Assembly (NCBI GenBank): GCA_951406725.2
Contig: OX597818.1
Span: 43,958,001 to 44,022,000 of the forward strand
DNA: 64,000 bases
Direction: 5' to 3'
Source: Octopus vulgaris
Taxonomy: Eukaryota
The notes below the pieces were generated by a model. It saw nothing but the letters and a program-made list of their open reading frames with translations. It was not told the origin of the DNA and did not search any database. Numbering within the stretch: the stretch's first letter is position 1; each line of letters starts with the position of its first letter. The position numbers and the translations under genes were made by a program. This document shows, piece after piece, positions 27,549 through 40,865 of the stretch.

Positions 27549-27894
27549 TGACCACTTCAACATTTACTATACAGCTTGCACACTGATTAGTTGCATACAA
27601 CAGACCAAGTTGATGTGTACTGGTTTCCTGCCCATAAAATATACCTTGGGTCAGTGATGACAAATTTTTTTATGCAGACAATGGAATTTTTGGTTTTAGG
27701 TAAATGCTTATAAATGAGATCTTGCAGGAAGATCACCCTGCTAGTCCATTACATCATCATCATTATCGTTTAACATCCGCTTTCCATGCTGGTATGGGTT
27801 GGATGGCTGGCCTGTCACCTAAAAATATGTGGCTTGTCAAAGGTTCATCATTGTTTGGTCTTTAACTCCTTTAGATATTAAGCTTCCTTTAGAG

Positions 27895-28164
27895 CAGTAG
27901 ATCTCAACCACTTCTTATCTATGGACCCTCTTTGATTCATATTTTACTCTGGTGGACCCTGATAGTCATTCAGTGTTTAAAAAAATCCTAGTGTATTATT
28001 ATTATTATTAAATATCATTTGGAATAATATTTTTAAAAAACAGATAAAATATTTTGTATATTGTAGAAGTATAAGCAATTTTTTAGCAATTTATTGCTCA
28101 AATTTTAACAAAAATCTTATGTGGACCCTATTAAGGCCATATGGCACCCAGTCAAGAACCACTG
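27895..28164. mobile_element. hAT (Charlie-like) MITE
   Basis: CAGTAGATCTCAACC...GTCAAGAACCACTG termini; 8-bp TSD CTTTAGAG / CTTTAGTG (7 of 8 match). Confidence 0.72.
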
Positions 28165-28896
28165 CTTTAGTGACTGTGGATGTTCAGCTCATACCCTCAA
28201 CTGTTTGTGTTTATAAACAGGCAAGTTCATGTACTTTAAGTAGGACATTCTGTAGAAATGAAATCTCATCAATGAAAACAGAACAACTAGGATGTAATTT
28301 CAAGTTGAGATGAGTTAAAAATGGATGTAAAAATATGAGTAATTAGTGTTGGTGACAGTCAACATTTATGTAGATTAGGGACAATTTTAATGAAATAATA
28401 ACAAAGGATTGGTCACTAATTAGTTTGTTCCAAAATAAAGGTGAACAATGTTTGTCAAGTAATTTAATTCACTCTGCGAGGGAAATATATTAATTACTAA
28501 GAGAGCTATCATCATTGGTTTGATGTCCACTTTCCCATGCTTGATTGGGTTGGATGGAATTTGTTGTTGAAGCAAATTTTTTACGGCGAGGTGCCCTTCC
28601 TGCCACCAACCGTCATCTATTTCCCCAAGTTTCCAGGGAAGATTGGAAATGTAGAACTTCACTTGCGTAACAGTGATACTTTACAGTTATCATGCAATGT
28701 CAAGATAATGAAACACTAACACACAGATACATATATGGTTTCTATAGCTGGATGTCCTTCCTAATGCCAACCACTTTACAGAGTGTACTGGGTGCTTTTA
28801 AACAGCTCTGGCACAGGTGTGTTTATGTGGTACTAGTATGGGTGCATTCTATGTGGTACCAGCACCCATGAGTCTGCAAGGTTAGGAATGCATACA

Positions 28897-29036
28897 AGTG
28901 GCTGTGTGGTAAGAAGCTTTCTTACCAACCACATGGTTCTGGGTTCAGTCCCACTGCATGGTACCTTGGGCAAATGTCTTCTACTATAGCCTCAGACCAA
29001 CCAAAGCCTTGTGAGTGGATTTGTTGTGTGTGTGTG

Positions 29037-29069
<33 letters not shown>

Positions 29070-29266
29070 ATGTTCTCCTCTCACCATCACTTGATAACCG
29101 ATGCTGGTGTGTTTATGTCCCTGTAACCTAGCAGTTTGGCAAAAGAGACCAATAGAATAAGTACTAGGCTTACAAAGAATGAATCCTGGGATCAGTTTGT
29201 TTGACTAAAGGCAGTGCTCCAGCATGGCCACAGTCAAATGACTGAAACAAATAGGAGTAAAAGAGT
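28897..29266 (+). mobile_element. SINE family A
   Basis: Head, microsatellite tract and tail. Confidence 0.88.
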
Positions 29267-29274
29267 AATATATA

Positions 29275-29437
29275 TATGATAGGCTTCTTTCAGTTTCCAT
29301 TGACCAAATCTTCTCATAAGGCTTAGGTCGGTCAGGCGTCATAGTAAAAGACACTTGCCCAAGTTGCCACACAATGGGACTAAACCTAAAACCATGTGGT
29401 TGTGAAGCAAACATCTTAACCACACAGCCATGCCTGT
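29275..29437 (-). mobile_element. SINE family A head, inverted
   Basis: GGCTTCTTTCAGTTTCC...GACACTTGCCCAAG...CACACAGCCATGCC. Confidence 0.8.
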
Positions 29438-30446
29438 ACCCATAATGAAAATGCATTGTACATTTATTTATCACCAAAAGATAATGTTTTGATAGAATGT
29501 TGAAAGAGTAGCAAACATCATATTTGTAATGCCTTGGCATATTTGTAATGCCCTGTTCACAAATGTTGTAAGTATAAGCATTAAGGACAATAAGGAAATT
29601 ATATTCTATGACGAATGTATATATGCTTGAAAGATAAAACATATTTCGAGAAGGTATTTACGAGAAAGAAAAATAATTCTCACAGAAAGGGGAAATTCTA
29701 TATTAGTTGCTCAGAGGATAAATATTTCTAGTTGTAAAGATATTTCTTTTGTCCCTGTTTTAACAGGTCATAGACATAAGAAAAATTTCTAAAAAGGCAT
29801 GTGATATTTGCTTTTTGGGAAGAAACATTACTTACATATGTTTGTAATTATCCTGAAAACTATTTTTTTAGAACCCTACACCCATTTTTATGTTCTCTAT
29901 GACACCCATGATGTCATGATACTTACATATCGGAGCCAATCTGGCTTTTCCTGAACAGAGTATGTGAAATCAGGATCATATAAATTATAAGTATTGATTT
30001 ATGAAAACTATTATGAAAATGAATACACCTTCAAATAATCGCTAAGGATTTATTTATTACATTGGCATAATGCCACTTAAAATGTTCAACATATTGTAGA
30101 AACCATTTAATCATGTATATGAACAAAAATGTAGCATGTAATCTAGAGAGCCATTAAAAAAGTACTAAAGAAGAACATTACCTGTAGTCTTTTATATAAT
30201 TAAAAGGGCTTTCTCCCTCCCCCTCTCCTCCTTTTTTGTTAATAGTACTAAGGGAGATGTATGTTTAGATTATACCAAAATACTATCTGCTCTATATAGA
30301 AAGTATGCATACGAATATAAATCATTGCATTCATTTGCTTAGAATTTTTCGCTTACAAATAACCTCTCTAGTTCAGAACAATTTTCTGTGATGGCTTGTC
30401 AGTTGTTCTTTGATCATTTAATGGAAGAGAAATCCTATCTAGTATT

Positions 30447-30680
30447 AAGGCGGCGAGCTGGCAAAAACGTTAGCACACTGGGTGAAATGCTTAGTGGTAT
30501 TTCGTCTGCCGTTACGTTCTGAGTTCAAATTCCGCCGAGGTCGACTTTGCCTTTCATCCTTTTGGGGTCGATAAATTAAATACCAGTTATGCACTGGGGG
30601 CCGATGTAATCGACTTAATCCCTTTGTCAGTCCTTGTTTGTCCCCTCTATGTTTAGCCCCTTGTGGGCAATAAAGGAATA
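30447..30680 (+). mobile_element. SINE family C, full length with 19-bp TSD
   Basis: Flanked by the perfect direct repeat AGAAATCCTATCTAGTATT (30428-30446 and 30681-30699); core GCCTTTCATCCTTTTGGGGTCGATAAATTAA. Confidence 0.92.
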
Positions 30681-30764
30681 AGAAATCCTATCTAGTATTT
30701 GTAGTACACACGTGTAAGTACCAGCTCATTTACATATGTAAAACAAAAACATACGGGTGCAGGC

Positions 30765-31095
30765 AGGCATGACTGTGTGGTTAAGAAGTTGGCTATGGAA
30801 CTACATGGCTTCAGGTTCAATTTCACTGTGCAGCACTTTGGGTGTGCCCTGAGTTGACCAATACCTTTGTGAGAGAATTTGGCAAATGGAAATTGTGGAA
30901 GTCTGCTATGCATGTGTGTGTGTCTACCTCCAAATGCTCAACAACTGGTGTTGGTTGGTTTATACCCCCTAACTTAATAGTTCAACAAAAGACACTGGGA
31001 GAATAAGTACCAGATTTTAAAAATAAATACTGAAGTTGATTTGTTTGATGAAACCGGCTGCAGTCCAATAACAAAATCCAGTAAAAGATAAAAGA
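30765..31095 (+). mobile_element. SINE family A, diverged
   Basis: GGCATGACTGTGTGGTTAAGAAG head; GTAAAAGATAAAAGA tail. Confidence 0.75.
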
Positions 31096-33374
31096 TTTAT
31101 TGTCAATATATACTGAAAACAACATTTCTAAGAGTCTAAGATTTCTGACTTAGATTTTGATTATACTTTATGGTGTTATTAAAAAAATTCATATAAGAGG
31201 ATGCTATGATGTGAATTCAAAAATAAACAACATTGCATATATTTTGTGCACTGGTATATAAATGCTGAAGAAATATTTACATTAACAGGATAAAGTAAAA
31301 CCATTAGAAATTAAAACTTCCTCAGTTTACAAGAATAACTAGTTTAGAATTACTTCCAACATTAACAAAATATACATAAATATGTATCAATTTTTTTATA
31401 AAGTAAAAATGTATCAAACTTCCACATTAATTGTACTGGATATGTACTTAATCATTCTTTACTCAGGCACATATATATTCTACATACTTCAACTGTTGCA
31501 GAGAAAAGCTGTCTAATTTTTCTAGTCTCAACAAGTGAAACTACTTTGAACTAGATACCTATTGACAAATTTTTTGTGAGATCTACATTTCTAGACTGAA
31601 CAGCTAGTTTTTCCATCATTAATTTTACTGACTTTGAAAATTTAAATACTGTTGTGTGTTTTTATAATCGGTCACAATAACAATTTGTATCTGTTGTACT
31701 GAGAAGTTATTTCCAAAGAAATAAAATTACTTGTTACAGACAATAATTTCGAAAATGTCACCTATGTACACATGCTGTCAGCAAATGAGTAGTTAAAGTT
31801 TAAAAATTTTTCTTCAGTCATTTAAAATTATTCTTGTGCAATAATTTAAATGTCAAGGCATTTAATTTTGCAGAAGGTGCCCATAGCAGAAACAGGTTAA
31901 GACAGACATAGGAAGATAGCAAGGTGAAGATTTAGAGATGTTGGTACTCACAGAAAATGCAGAATTTTGAAGAATGGCTTCAAGCCATACTGCAACCCCT
32001 ATCCAACCCATGCTAATATATAAAAATCAGAGGTTATGATGTCTCACTGGAAGGATTGAAACTAGACGGAATCATTGGCAAAATGTCAAGGATGATTCTT
32101 CTATAAGAACTTCCAAATATCCACATATCAGATTCTGATCTCATACACTTTTATGCCAAAGCACATTTTTATTTGGATTACGTCAAGTGATATAAAAAAA
32201 TAACTGACATTTCATTATGAATGGTGAAATTAAATCATGTGCTTATACAAATGTTTAGGCATAATAATTAGACTTGCACTCAATTATATTTTAGATAGTC
32301 TCTGCTGAGAGATATTCATTTAATTTACTTTGATGGCTTCAAGTTGAAAGAGTGATTTCTTAATTGGGCCAAGTCTGTGTTTACTTGTACACTTTCAATC
32401 CTCTTGCGTGCAAGGAATATCAGAATATCACATTTCTCAGCCAAATTACATTCAATCACTTTTACTAATAATAACTTAGCATTTAATAGAAATTAAAAAC
32501 TTTCTTGATTAAATAGTAAACATATCACGCATTTTATAATGACTCACACTCATGTGTAACCCAGAACCGTTTCCTTCATCCATGCAAGAAATTGTAAACC
32601 AATCTATAGGTTGACTAAACTATGATTTTCTCTTCAGATTAGAACACAGTTCAAGTTAAGCAAAATTAGATAAAGGAAGCAACAAAATGTTGCTATCCTG
32701 ATACAAAAGTTAATATTTTTATTTCAACTGAACAAATACTGAACTATGTAAAAAAAACCAACTAATAATAATTGTAGCCTATTTATTAAGAATGAATTAA
32801 CTATTATGATTTTAATGTAAAGTGATATTAGATATTATATAAGCACTAGTTCAGGACAAAAAAGAGAAATAAGTCCACTGAAGAAACCTATATACTGTAT
32901 TAAGTAAAAGCAGAGCCTCATAGTTTGGTTCTTTTACTACCAGTTTCTATGACAGTTTTTTTTTTTCCACATTTCAAAAATAAAGTGCATTTTAGATATC
33001 CAGTATCCTACCCATCTAGCTTATACATCATTTTAAAAATATGTAAACAAAAATGTAGCAACACTCCTGGTTGAAAAACAAACAAGCCTCTAGGCTTGAT
33101 TATGTTGGTTAATCTTAAAGATATATATATATATATAAATCCTCATGTGCTTCTCAAATTTGATATAATACAATAGATATTGGTGTTAGTACGTCTGAAC
33201 ATTTTCTTGTCACCTTCAAGACAGAAGTCACTCTGAATAAATTACAGATGTTTATGGTTTATCAGTGTTCTTCATAAATTTAGACTCACAGAATCATACA
33301 TTTCTCTCTTACAAAGTAATTAAGAATCTGATTGTTGTTTACATATTGATTACTGCTGTATAGAGCAAGTAAAA

Positions 33375-33690
33375 GATGTGTGGCTTACTGGTTAGGGTAT
33401 TTGGCTTACAATCGTAAGGTCGTGAGTTTGATTCCTGGTGACGTGTTGTGTCCTTGAGCAAGACACCACATTTCTTGTTGCCCTAGTCCACTCAGCCAGC
33501 ATAAATGAGTTGTAGCTGAAAGGGCCAGCCTTGTCACATGCTATGTCATGCTGAATCTCTCTGAGAACTATGTTAAGGGTATATGTGTTTGTGGAGTGCT
33601 TAGCCACTTGCACATTAATTTCACAAGCAGGCTGTTCCATTCATTGGATCAACTGGAACTCTTATCGTAACTGACAGTGTGCCAGTTATA
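33375..33690 (+). mobile_element. CORE-type SINE (family E)
   Basis: tRNA-like head TGGCTTACTGGTTAGGG...GAGTTTGATTCC, then the CORE motif GTTGTGTCCTTGAGCAAGACAC...GTCCACTCAGC. Confidence 0.75.
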
Positions 33691-34808
33691 GCAGGAAGAA
33701 CAATCTTGTAGAGGGCTCTCAAGGTAGCTTCTCATTCAGTTTGTTTTCCAAACTATGAACTCAGATTTTGTCTTCATTCATAGCTGTTTTCATCTTTCAT
33801 AGTTTCCAATTCATTAAATTGCTGCCTTATTTTTTGCTCACATCAATTATCACAACTAACCAACAAAGGAGCCCCCTATACTGTCATTCAACTCAATAAA
33901 ACTAGTCTGTCTTACTCCCTTTAAAAAAAAAAAATCTAGATAATATGATGGGATGGTCATGGCTAGAACACTTTTGATCATAAGTCTACTCAATTAAGGC
34001 TGACCTGAGGTTAAATAATAACTCTGAAACTAACTATGTTAAACTAACTTAAAAAATGTTACATTGGAGATAAGTATCAAGTGTTAATATGGATTAATAT
34101 TTAATCATTTTAAAATTTATAAAGTGAGCAAAAGCCAAAATACTGTCTTATGTAGTTGTTTACCTTTAAGGAGAAGATTACCCCTACCCACAGTTCCCAA
34201 AGAAAGTCAGCTGGCCTTTGCATATCTCAGAATGAGTCACCATGATAGTGATATGGTAAATAAAAATCTCTAAAGGTTTTTTTTTTCTCTCTTGCTTAAA
34301 TTGACTCTTTAGATTATTTTATGTTAACAAACTATCAAGCATAAAACTTTCCATTAAATTACAAATACTAATAGAGGTTGACTGAGCTGAATATTACAAT
34401 TTAATCAGAAACTATAAATTAGTAGAATGGTCAATTAACTTTAGAACAAATAACATAAAATGAAAAAATTAAAAATGGTGGTGATAAAAATAGCTTCTTA
34501 AAAGACTGATGTACAGCTAGATATAAAAATATTAGGAAAAATGAAATTTTAGTCATTTTTTAAAAACAATATGTATTTCAGATAATTAGTTTAACACATG
34601 CTTGTTCTCTTTGTTCACTAACTCGGTAATAACATTTAGTAGTTTGCTCTTTGGATATTTATATCTCCATTTTCTTGTTGTTGTTAAATTTTAATCCAAC
34701 CAATTTTCTATCGGTTAATTACAATCATTATAAATAAATGTTGATAAATACCATTATGTGAATAAAGCATGCTAGTATTTATTTTGTGAGCAATATGTGT
34801 GTGTGTGT

Positions 34809-35072
34809 GGAGGTGCAATGGCCTAGTGGTTAGGGCTGAGGACTTGCGGTTGTAGGGTCGCGGTTTCAATTCCCAGACCGGGCGTTGTGAGTGTTTATAG
34901 AGCAAAAACGCCTAAAACTCCACGAGGCTCCAGCAGGGGGTGGTGGCAATCCCTGCTGTACTCTTTCGCCACAACTTTCTCTCACTCATTTTTCTGTTGG
35001 CCTGCTCGCTTAGCGAAGCGCATTGTGACCAGCTATGTGTAGCAACATCTGATAGCCTGGTTGGTCACGGTG
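34809..35072 (+). mobile_element. tRNA-derived SINE family D
   Basis: GGAGGTGCAATGGCCTAGTGGTTAGGGC...GGTTTCAATTCCC; shares head and CTCTTTCGCCACA body with 54195-54493. Confidence 0.82.
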
Positions 35073-37126
35073 ATATATATATATAATGTGAAAATAAAGA
35101 GCAATGGGTTGTGAGAAGGCAGTAAAAAGGTTCCCATGTTAATGGTAGAAATAGAAAATAGGGAATACCTTCTTTCTTGCAAACAAGGACAGTAAAATAT
35201 TTAAAGAAAAAAAAAAGAAATCAAAATTTCAGATCCAGTATTTTATAAATTGATTACGTACACACATCCCCAATATTTGTTTTCATACCAACATCAGACG
35301 AACATTACATAATAAGAGAAATGATGGGGAGAATGGCAAAGATTGTTTCTTTCAGACTAAATTATTAAAAGGGTAAAATTTGTAAGTATTTTTTTACTGC
35401 CTACATTTTTACCTTAAATTAACACAAGAGAAATATATTCTAGCAAATGAGAAAAATGATTTGGAAGTGAGAACACCTTGAAAGTTAGAAAAATTCACAA
35501 GTCAGAAAGGACATTTATGAAATTACATTAGGCTTCAGGGAGTTAACAAAAAATGTCTTATAGTTTTGAACAAAGGCAACTGTCTAGAAAAATATTATCA
35601 GGGTGCCAGCACATTTACCAACTCTAATATGTTTCTGTTTAAACTATTTTCTCGATGACCGAACTAAAAGCAATTTTCTAATTCTCTTAATACCCAAGTT
35701 ATTTCAGTGTAATTGAGAACTGTTGGCATATGATAAAATGCTTCACATTTACAATTCCCTTGTAAACAAGGCTAATGTGTGTACTTTAAAAAATGTTAGT
35801 ATATAAAACCTATGCTGTCCAAAAAGTCTGCATATAAATGAACCATTCAAGATTTTAAAATATTAAAAATATCAGACATTCCAGAGTTTTAACTAATTCG
35901 ATTGAACTCTTTTTAAAGGACATATTATTTATTCAGTAAATAGTAATCTAGGAAATCTGTTTTTGTTCAAGACTAATTTTGAATGTTTGAACACTGGCAA
36001 TGTGCTACGGTTAGATAAAATGAGAAAAAGAACAACTACATACTGTTTTGGCTTAATTGAAGTGGAAGCAGTTAGTTCAAAGAAAATACAATGGTATTCT
36101 GAAACAAGCTAGTAGTTTTTGTTACGGTTTGTATTTAAATTTTTGCCATGACTATATCTCTGGTCAAAAAACTTTAAGAAAATAAATAAACTGTGATAAA
36201 TTAAGAAAACAAATATTTTTGTTGTTGTCATCGTTTAACGTCCATTTTTCCATGCTGGCATGGGTTTGAGAGGAGCTGATAAGGCTGAGGAGCTGCCTAG
36301 GTTTCATTTGTCTGTCTTAGCATGGTTTCTATGGCTGGATGCCCTTCCTAACGCCAATCACTTTACAGAGTATACTGGATGCATTTAACATGACATCAAT
36401 TTGGGCACCTTTATGTGACACTGGCACAGATGCTTTTGCATGGTACCAGCATCCACAAACCTACAAGACTAGGATCTCTCAGACGAGAGAAGTATGTAGA
36501 GGACATGCCTATATGCATGGGTGGCCGTTATTTTACTTAACTTGATGTCTCTTCTCAAGCACAGCAAACCACCACAAGTTTCAGTCCCTTGATATCTCTG
36601 TGAGGCCGAATATCTGAAGATCCTTTCTTACTGCTTCGTCCCACATCTTCCTGAATCTACCCCTTCCATGTGTTCCCTCCACAATTAAAGATTGGCAATT
36701 TTATTAATAAAAATTAATTTTATCAAATGATTATTTATTTACATTGTTTTGAATTAATCAGGATCTATCTTGTGGCTTTGAGATTTCCATGAAGTGACTA
36801 TTTAATTTTAAAATGGCATTGTAGAGTAGGTGTAAAAAACCAGACCCAGTTGGTTTGAACATAAAACATGTAGAGTATTTGGGTCAGACACGGCCAGTTT
36901 AAATGCTAAAGGGTTAAATATCTTGTTCCAAAGCACGCCAAAATGCATGCAGTGGGTCCAGTTATAAACAGTTTGAAAATATTTTTGCAGAAAGGCCACT
37001 GAAACATTCAAGTCATTTTACCTTTATTTTACTCCGACATTGCAAACTATATAAATATATTAATTATCTGTTATGTCTTACTGTGTTACTTCTCTCTATT
37101 TCTGTGCTGATATTATGTATTTCTAT

Positions 37127-37605
37127 AAGGCGGCAAGGTGGCAGAATTGTTAGCACACTGGCCAAAATGCTTAGTGGCATTTTGACCATCTTTACGTTCT
37201 GAGTTTTCAAATTCCACCAAGGTTGACTTTGCCTTTCATCCTTTTGGGGTCGATAAATTAAGTACCAGTGAAACACTGGGGTTGATGTAATCGACTATTC
37301 CACCCCCCACCCCCCAAAAAATTCTGGCCTTGTGTCATTATTAGAAAGGATATCTGCCTGGCTTCTGTGCCGATGGCATGTAAAAAGCACCAACCGATCG
37401 CGGCCAGCCTCCCCTGGCACCTGTGCCGGTGGCACGTAAAAAGCACCCACTACACGCACAGAGTGGTTGACGTTAGGAAGGGCATCCAGCTGTAGAAACC
37501 CTGCCAGATCAGACTGGAGCCTCGTGCAGCCTCCTGGTTTCCCAGACCCCGGTCAAATCACCCAACCCATGCTAGCACGGAAAACGGACGTTAAACGATG
37601 ATGAT
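37127..37605 (+). mobile_element. SINE family C followed directly by SINE family B
   Basis: AAGGCGGCAAGGTGGCAGAA head to about 37350, then B modules and (GAT)n tail. Confidence 0.82.
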
Positions 37606-37759
37606 ATTGTATATTTCTATAGTACTTTTCTCTCCATGTTTCTATAGCAGTTTCATTAAATCCCAGAATATATTTACCCTCTATTCCTATAACTGTATTG
37701 TAATGTATGTCAGTTGCTGTTTCATTAAGCCATTGTATATTTTCCCTCTATTTCTACAG

Positions 37760-37880
37760 CTATCTCATTGTGTCATGCTGATTCCTGTTATTCCTGTGCA
37801 CAGTACAAATGCCAAAAGGAGATGAATGGCGTTGTTGAAGCAAAGCAGAATCCTGGACATAATTACAAATACAGTTGTGG
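37760..37880 (+). CDS. neuritin-like protein, coding exon 2
   Basis: Acceptor TTTTCCCTCTATTTCTACAG, donor GG|GTAAGT; 121 nt, phase 1->2; AISLCHADSCYSCAQYKCQKEMNGVVEAKQNPGHNYKYSC(G). Confidence 0.85.
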
Positions 37881-39489
37881 GTAAGTTGTCATACTCAACA
37901 ATAATGATTAATAAACATGCTTAAAGGATTTATGACTTACACTGATTAAGGATTATAGTTTTCTTTTAACTACATGTAGATGAAATTTGGGAAGATTATT
38001 ACTCTCAACTGTTAATTTTTTTTTCTTTCTGTACAAAGTATTGGATCTGAATGGTGGAAATAATTTACTTCATTATATACCTTTTATAGAGTGTCATTCA
38101 GTTATAAACCCCTTAGAATATGTGACCAAAATATATTTCCCTTCATCTCTATGTCTCATTGTGCCAGGGAATCAATGAAAGAAAAGGACATTGTGTTACA
38201 TCAATATGATTATCTGGGGTTTAAAGTGATAAAATAGTCCTAATTTAGCTCATTATGTCATTCATTCATTTAGCAATATTAATTCTGAGAAGTCTCATGC
38301 TTTGTGCAAAAAGCAGGAACAACCTAGAAATATTCACTAAATAGTTCATCTATCAAGTCATTGAGTTGTTTGATCAACTGAATGTGGCAGCTAAATCTCC
38401 CTCAACAAGTACGCTGGTGTCTTTAAGGTAGAGTCAATACATTTAAGTTCAAAATTTCATTCCACAATAAAGATAGCCAGCCACAGCCAAATAAACATAC
38501 CAAATATCGTGCATTTGCATAAATAGGACTCACAAAGTACTTTTACATTGGTTATTGGCTTTTACTGCGCCATAGGTTTATTTAAACACAATTGACTAGG
38601 AACTATTCAACAACAATCTCTTACAAAAGCCAAGCTACTCTATAATCTACACATTAGTTATTATTGGAAAAGTTGTATTTTAGATAGGTTGGACTAATAT
38701 TGATTTTTTTTTTCCTGATTAAGCACAAGGTTAAATTTTTACAATAGGGACAATATAGTCATCATTAATTGTCCATTTTCCCTATGCTTGCATGTGTCAG
38801 ATAGAATTTTCTGAGGCAAATTTTCTATGGCTGGACGTCCTTCCTTCACTTGTTTCCAAGCAGGGTAATATTTCCCATGGTCACACATTTTCCAGTGATG
38901 GTTGGAAACAAAGAACGTTGCTTGTATGAAGGTGATGCACATTTACAACTATCACATGCTGACAATTATTGGTAATTATTTGATAACTAGTAGGGAATTT
39001 AAAGGCAAAGTTGGTTCTGCTGAAATTTGAACTTGGAATGAAACAATTTTGCAATATATTCAAGTCAACCCTGAGCTTTTTCTACTGTCCTTCTTGTGGC
39101 CAATTTCAAAATTTAATTTCAATGTAATCCCCCTCACTGGGAGATATTGAAAAAAAATAAAGAAATAATGCATGTTTGAAATTGATACAAACGTTTTAAA
39201 TTTTCACTTTTATAGTTACATACTAAACACTGTTTGCATACCATCACATAGGAGTATATAAATATAAAGGATTTTAAAAAGTTCAGCAAACATGTGTACC
39301 AAAATAATGAACAACAAACGTTCCGTTTTGCCACAGCATGATTTTATGTATATTAAATATGGACACATAATATATGAAAAACAGCTACGATAAACACATC
39401 CTGTACAAATGTTTTAACACTCATATTACAGCATGGTAGCAGGCAGTTTTCTTCCATGCCTCCTAACATATCAAATAATAATAATAGTA

Positions 39490-40065
39490 ATCCTTTCTAC
39501 TAAAAGCACAAGGCCTAAAATTTTGGAGGAGGGGACTAGGCGATTGCATCAACCGCAGTGTTTCACTGGTACTTAATTTATCAACCCCAATAATAATAAT
39601 AATAATCTACCAATCCAAATAATAACAAAAATAATCCTTTTTATTATTGGCTCAAAACCTGGAATTTCGTGGGGAGGGGGGCTAGCTGATTACATCAACC
39701 CCAGTGCTTAACTGGTACTTATCGATATTGAAAGGATGAAAGTAAAGTTGACCACAGCAGAATTTGAACTTGGGACGTAAAGATGGATGAAATGTTGCTT
39801 AACAATTTGTCCAGTGTGCTTAACGATTCTGTCAGCTTGCCTTAATGATAACAATAACAACAATAATAATAATAATAATCCTTTCTACAATAGATACAAG
39901 GTCTGAAAGTTTTGGAGAGGAGGGGGGGGGGGCTAGTCCATTACATTGGTCCCAGTGCTCAACTAGTACTATTTTATTGAACTCCCCCTCCCTATGAAAG
40001 GATGCAAATCTAAGCATTTTTTGTCTGGTGTGCTAATGCTTCAGTCAGCTCACAACCTTAATAAT
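39490..40065 (-). mobile_element. cluster of diverged SINE C copies separated by (TAA)n
   Basis: Three copies of TCCTTTCTAC..ACAAGG..GGGG..CCCAGTG..CTGGTACTT. Confidence 0.7.
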
Positions 40066-40484
40066 AATAATAATTTTTTTTATTATTGGTCATAAAGGCT
40101 CAAGGCATTGGCAACAACACAAAAGGGCAAAATGTAGGGTTTATATTGATCAAAAAAATTTTTTAAATGAAAAGCATAACAATAAAACTCAAACAAGAAA
40201 AGTTCTCCAACAGCAGGGTAATTCAGGGAACCCACACTCCATCTCACACGAAAGGCTCAGATTACCCTATCATTTCTAAAGCATTAAAAGTGCCTGTTTC
40301 CACTTTCTTTATTCCTACATGAAAAAGAATACTCAAGATAAGCCCATTCACACACACCAGTCTTGTCACTCTCATTTAGCTTTTGAATGATGATGATGAT
40401 GATAATAATAATAATCTATAGATATTGCTGATGATGATGATGATAATAATAATAATAATCTATAGATATTGATGATGATGGTAA

Positions 40485-40865
40485 GGGGATGCATGCATAA
40501 GTGACAAAGAACTAGAAAAGATTGAAAAGTACAGACTACTGAAAGACAAAATTGCAAGTATGTGGAATATGAGGAGAGTGTCTGTCATTCCAGTAGTTGT
40601 TGGAGCACTCGGAGCACTAATAACCAAGTTCGAGAAATATGTGAGAGAAATTGGAATTGACATGAGAACAGAGCAAGCCCCAAAAGCTGCTCTGTTGGTG
40701 ACAGCTAGAATTTTGAGATTGGTACTTGGATGTTGAATGTCTCCCATGGTAATTAACAACCAAGTATCAAAGCTTATAAAGTGTGGAAAGAGACCCTGTG
40801 AGACCGCTGACAACAGGTTGCTGCCCACTCACAGAATCATCCAGAGCGCTCTGAGAAGTAAAACA
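40485..40865 (+). mobile_element. R4/Dong-clade non-LTR retrotransposon 3' fragment (restriction-like endonuclease C-terminus)
   Basis: Open frame 40485-40736: GDACISDKELEKIEKYRLLKDKIASMWNMRRVSVIPVVVGALG...KAALLVTARILRLVLGC*; sits in (TAA)n/(TGA)n sequence. Confidence 0.8.

Noticed and set aside
34809-34885. tRNA gene (also 54420-54493)
   Set aside because: No proper acceptor stem, and it continues into SINE body; these are SINE heads.
37598-37825. Track ORF overlapping exon 2
   Set aside because: Wrong frame; the spliced exon uses a different frame.
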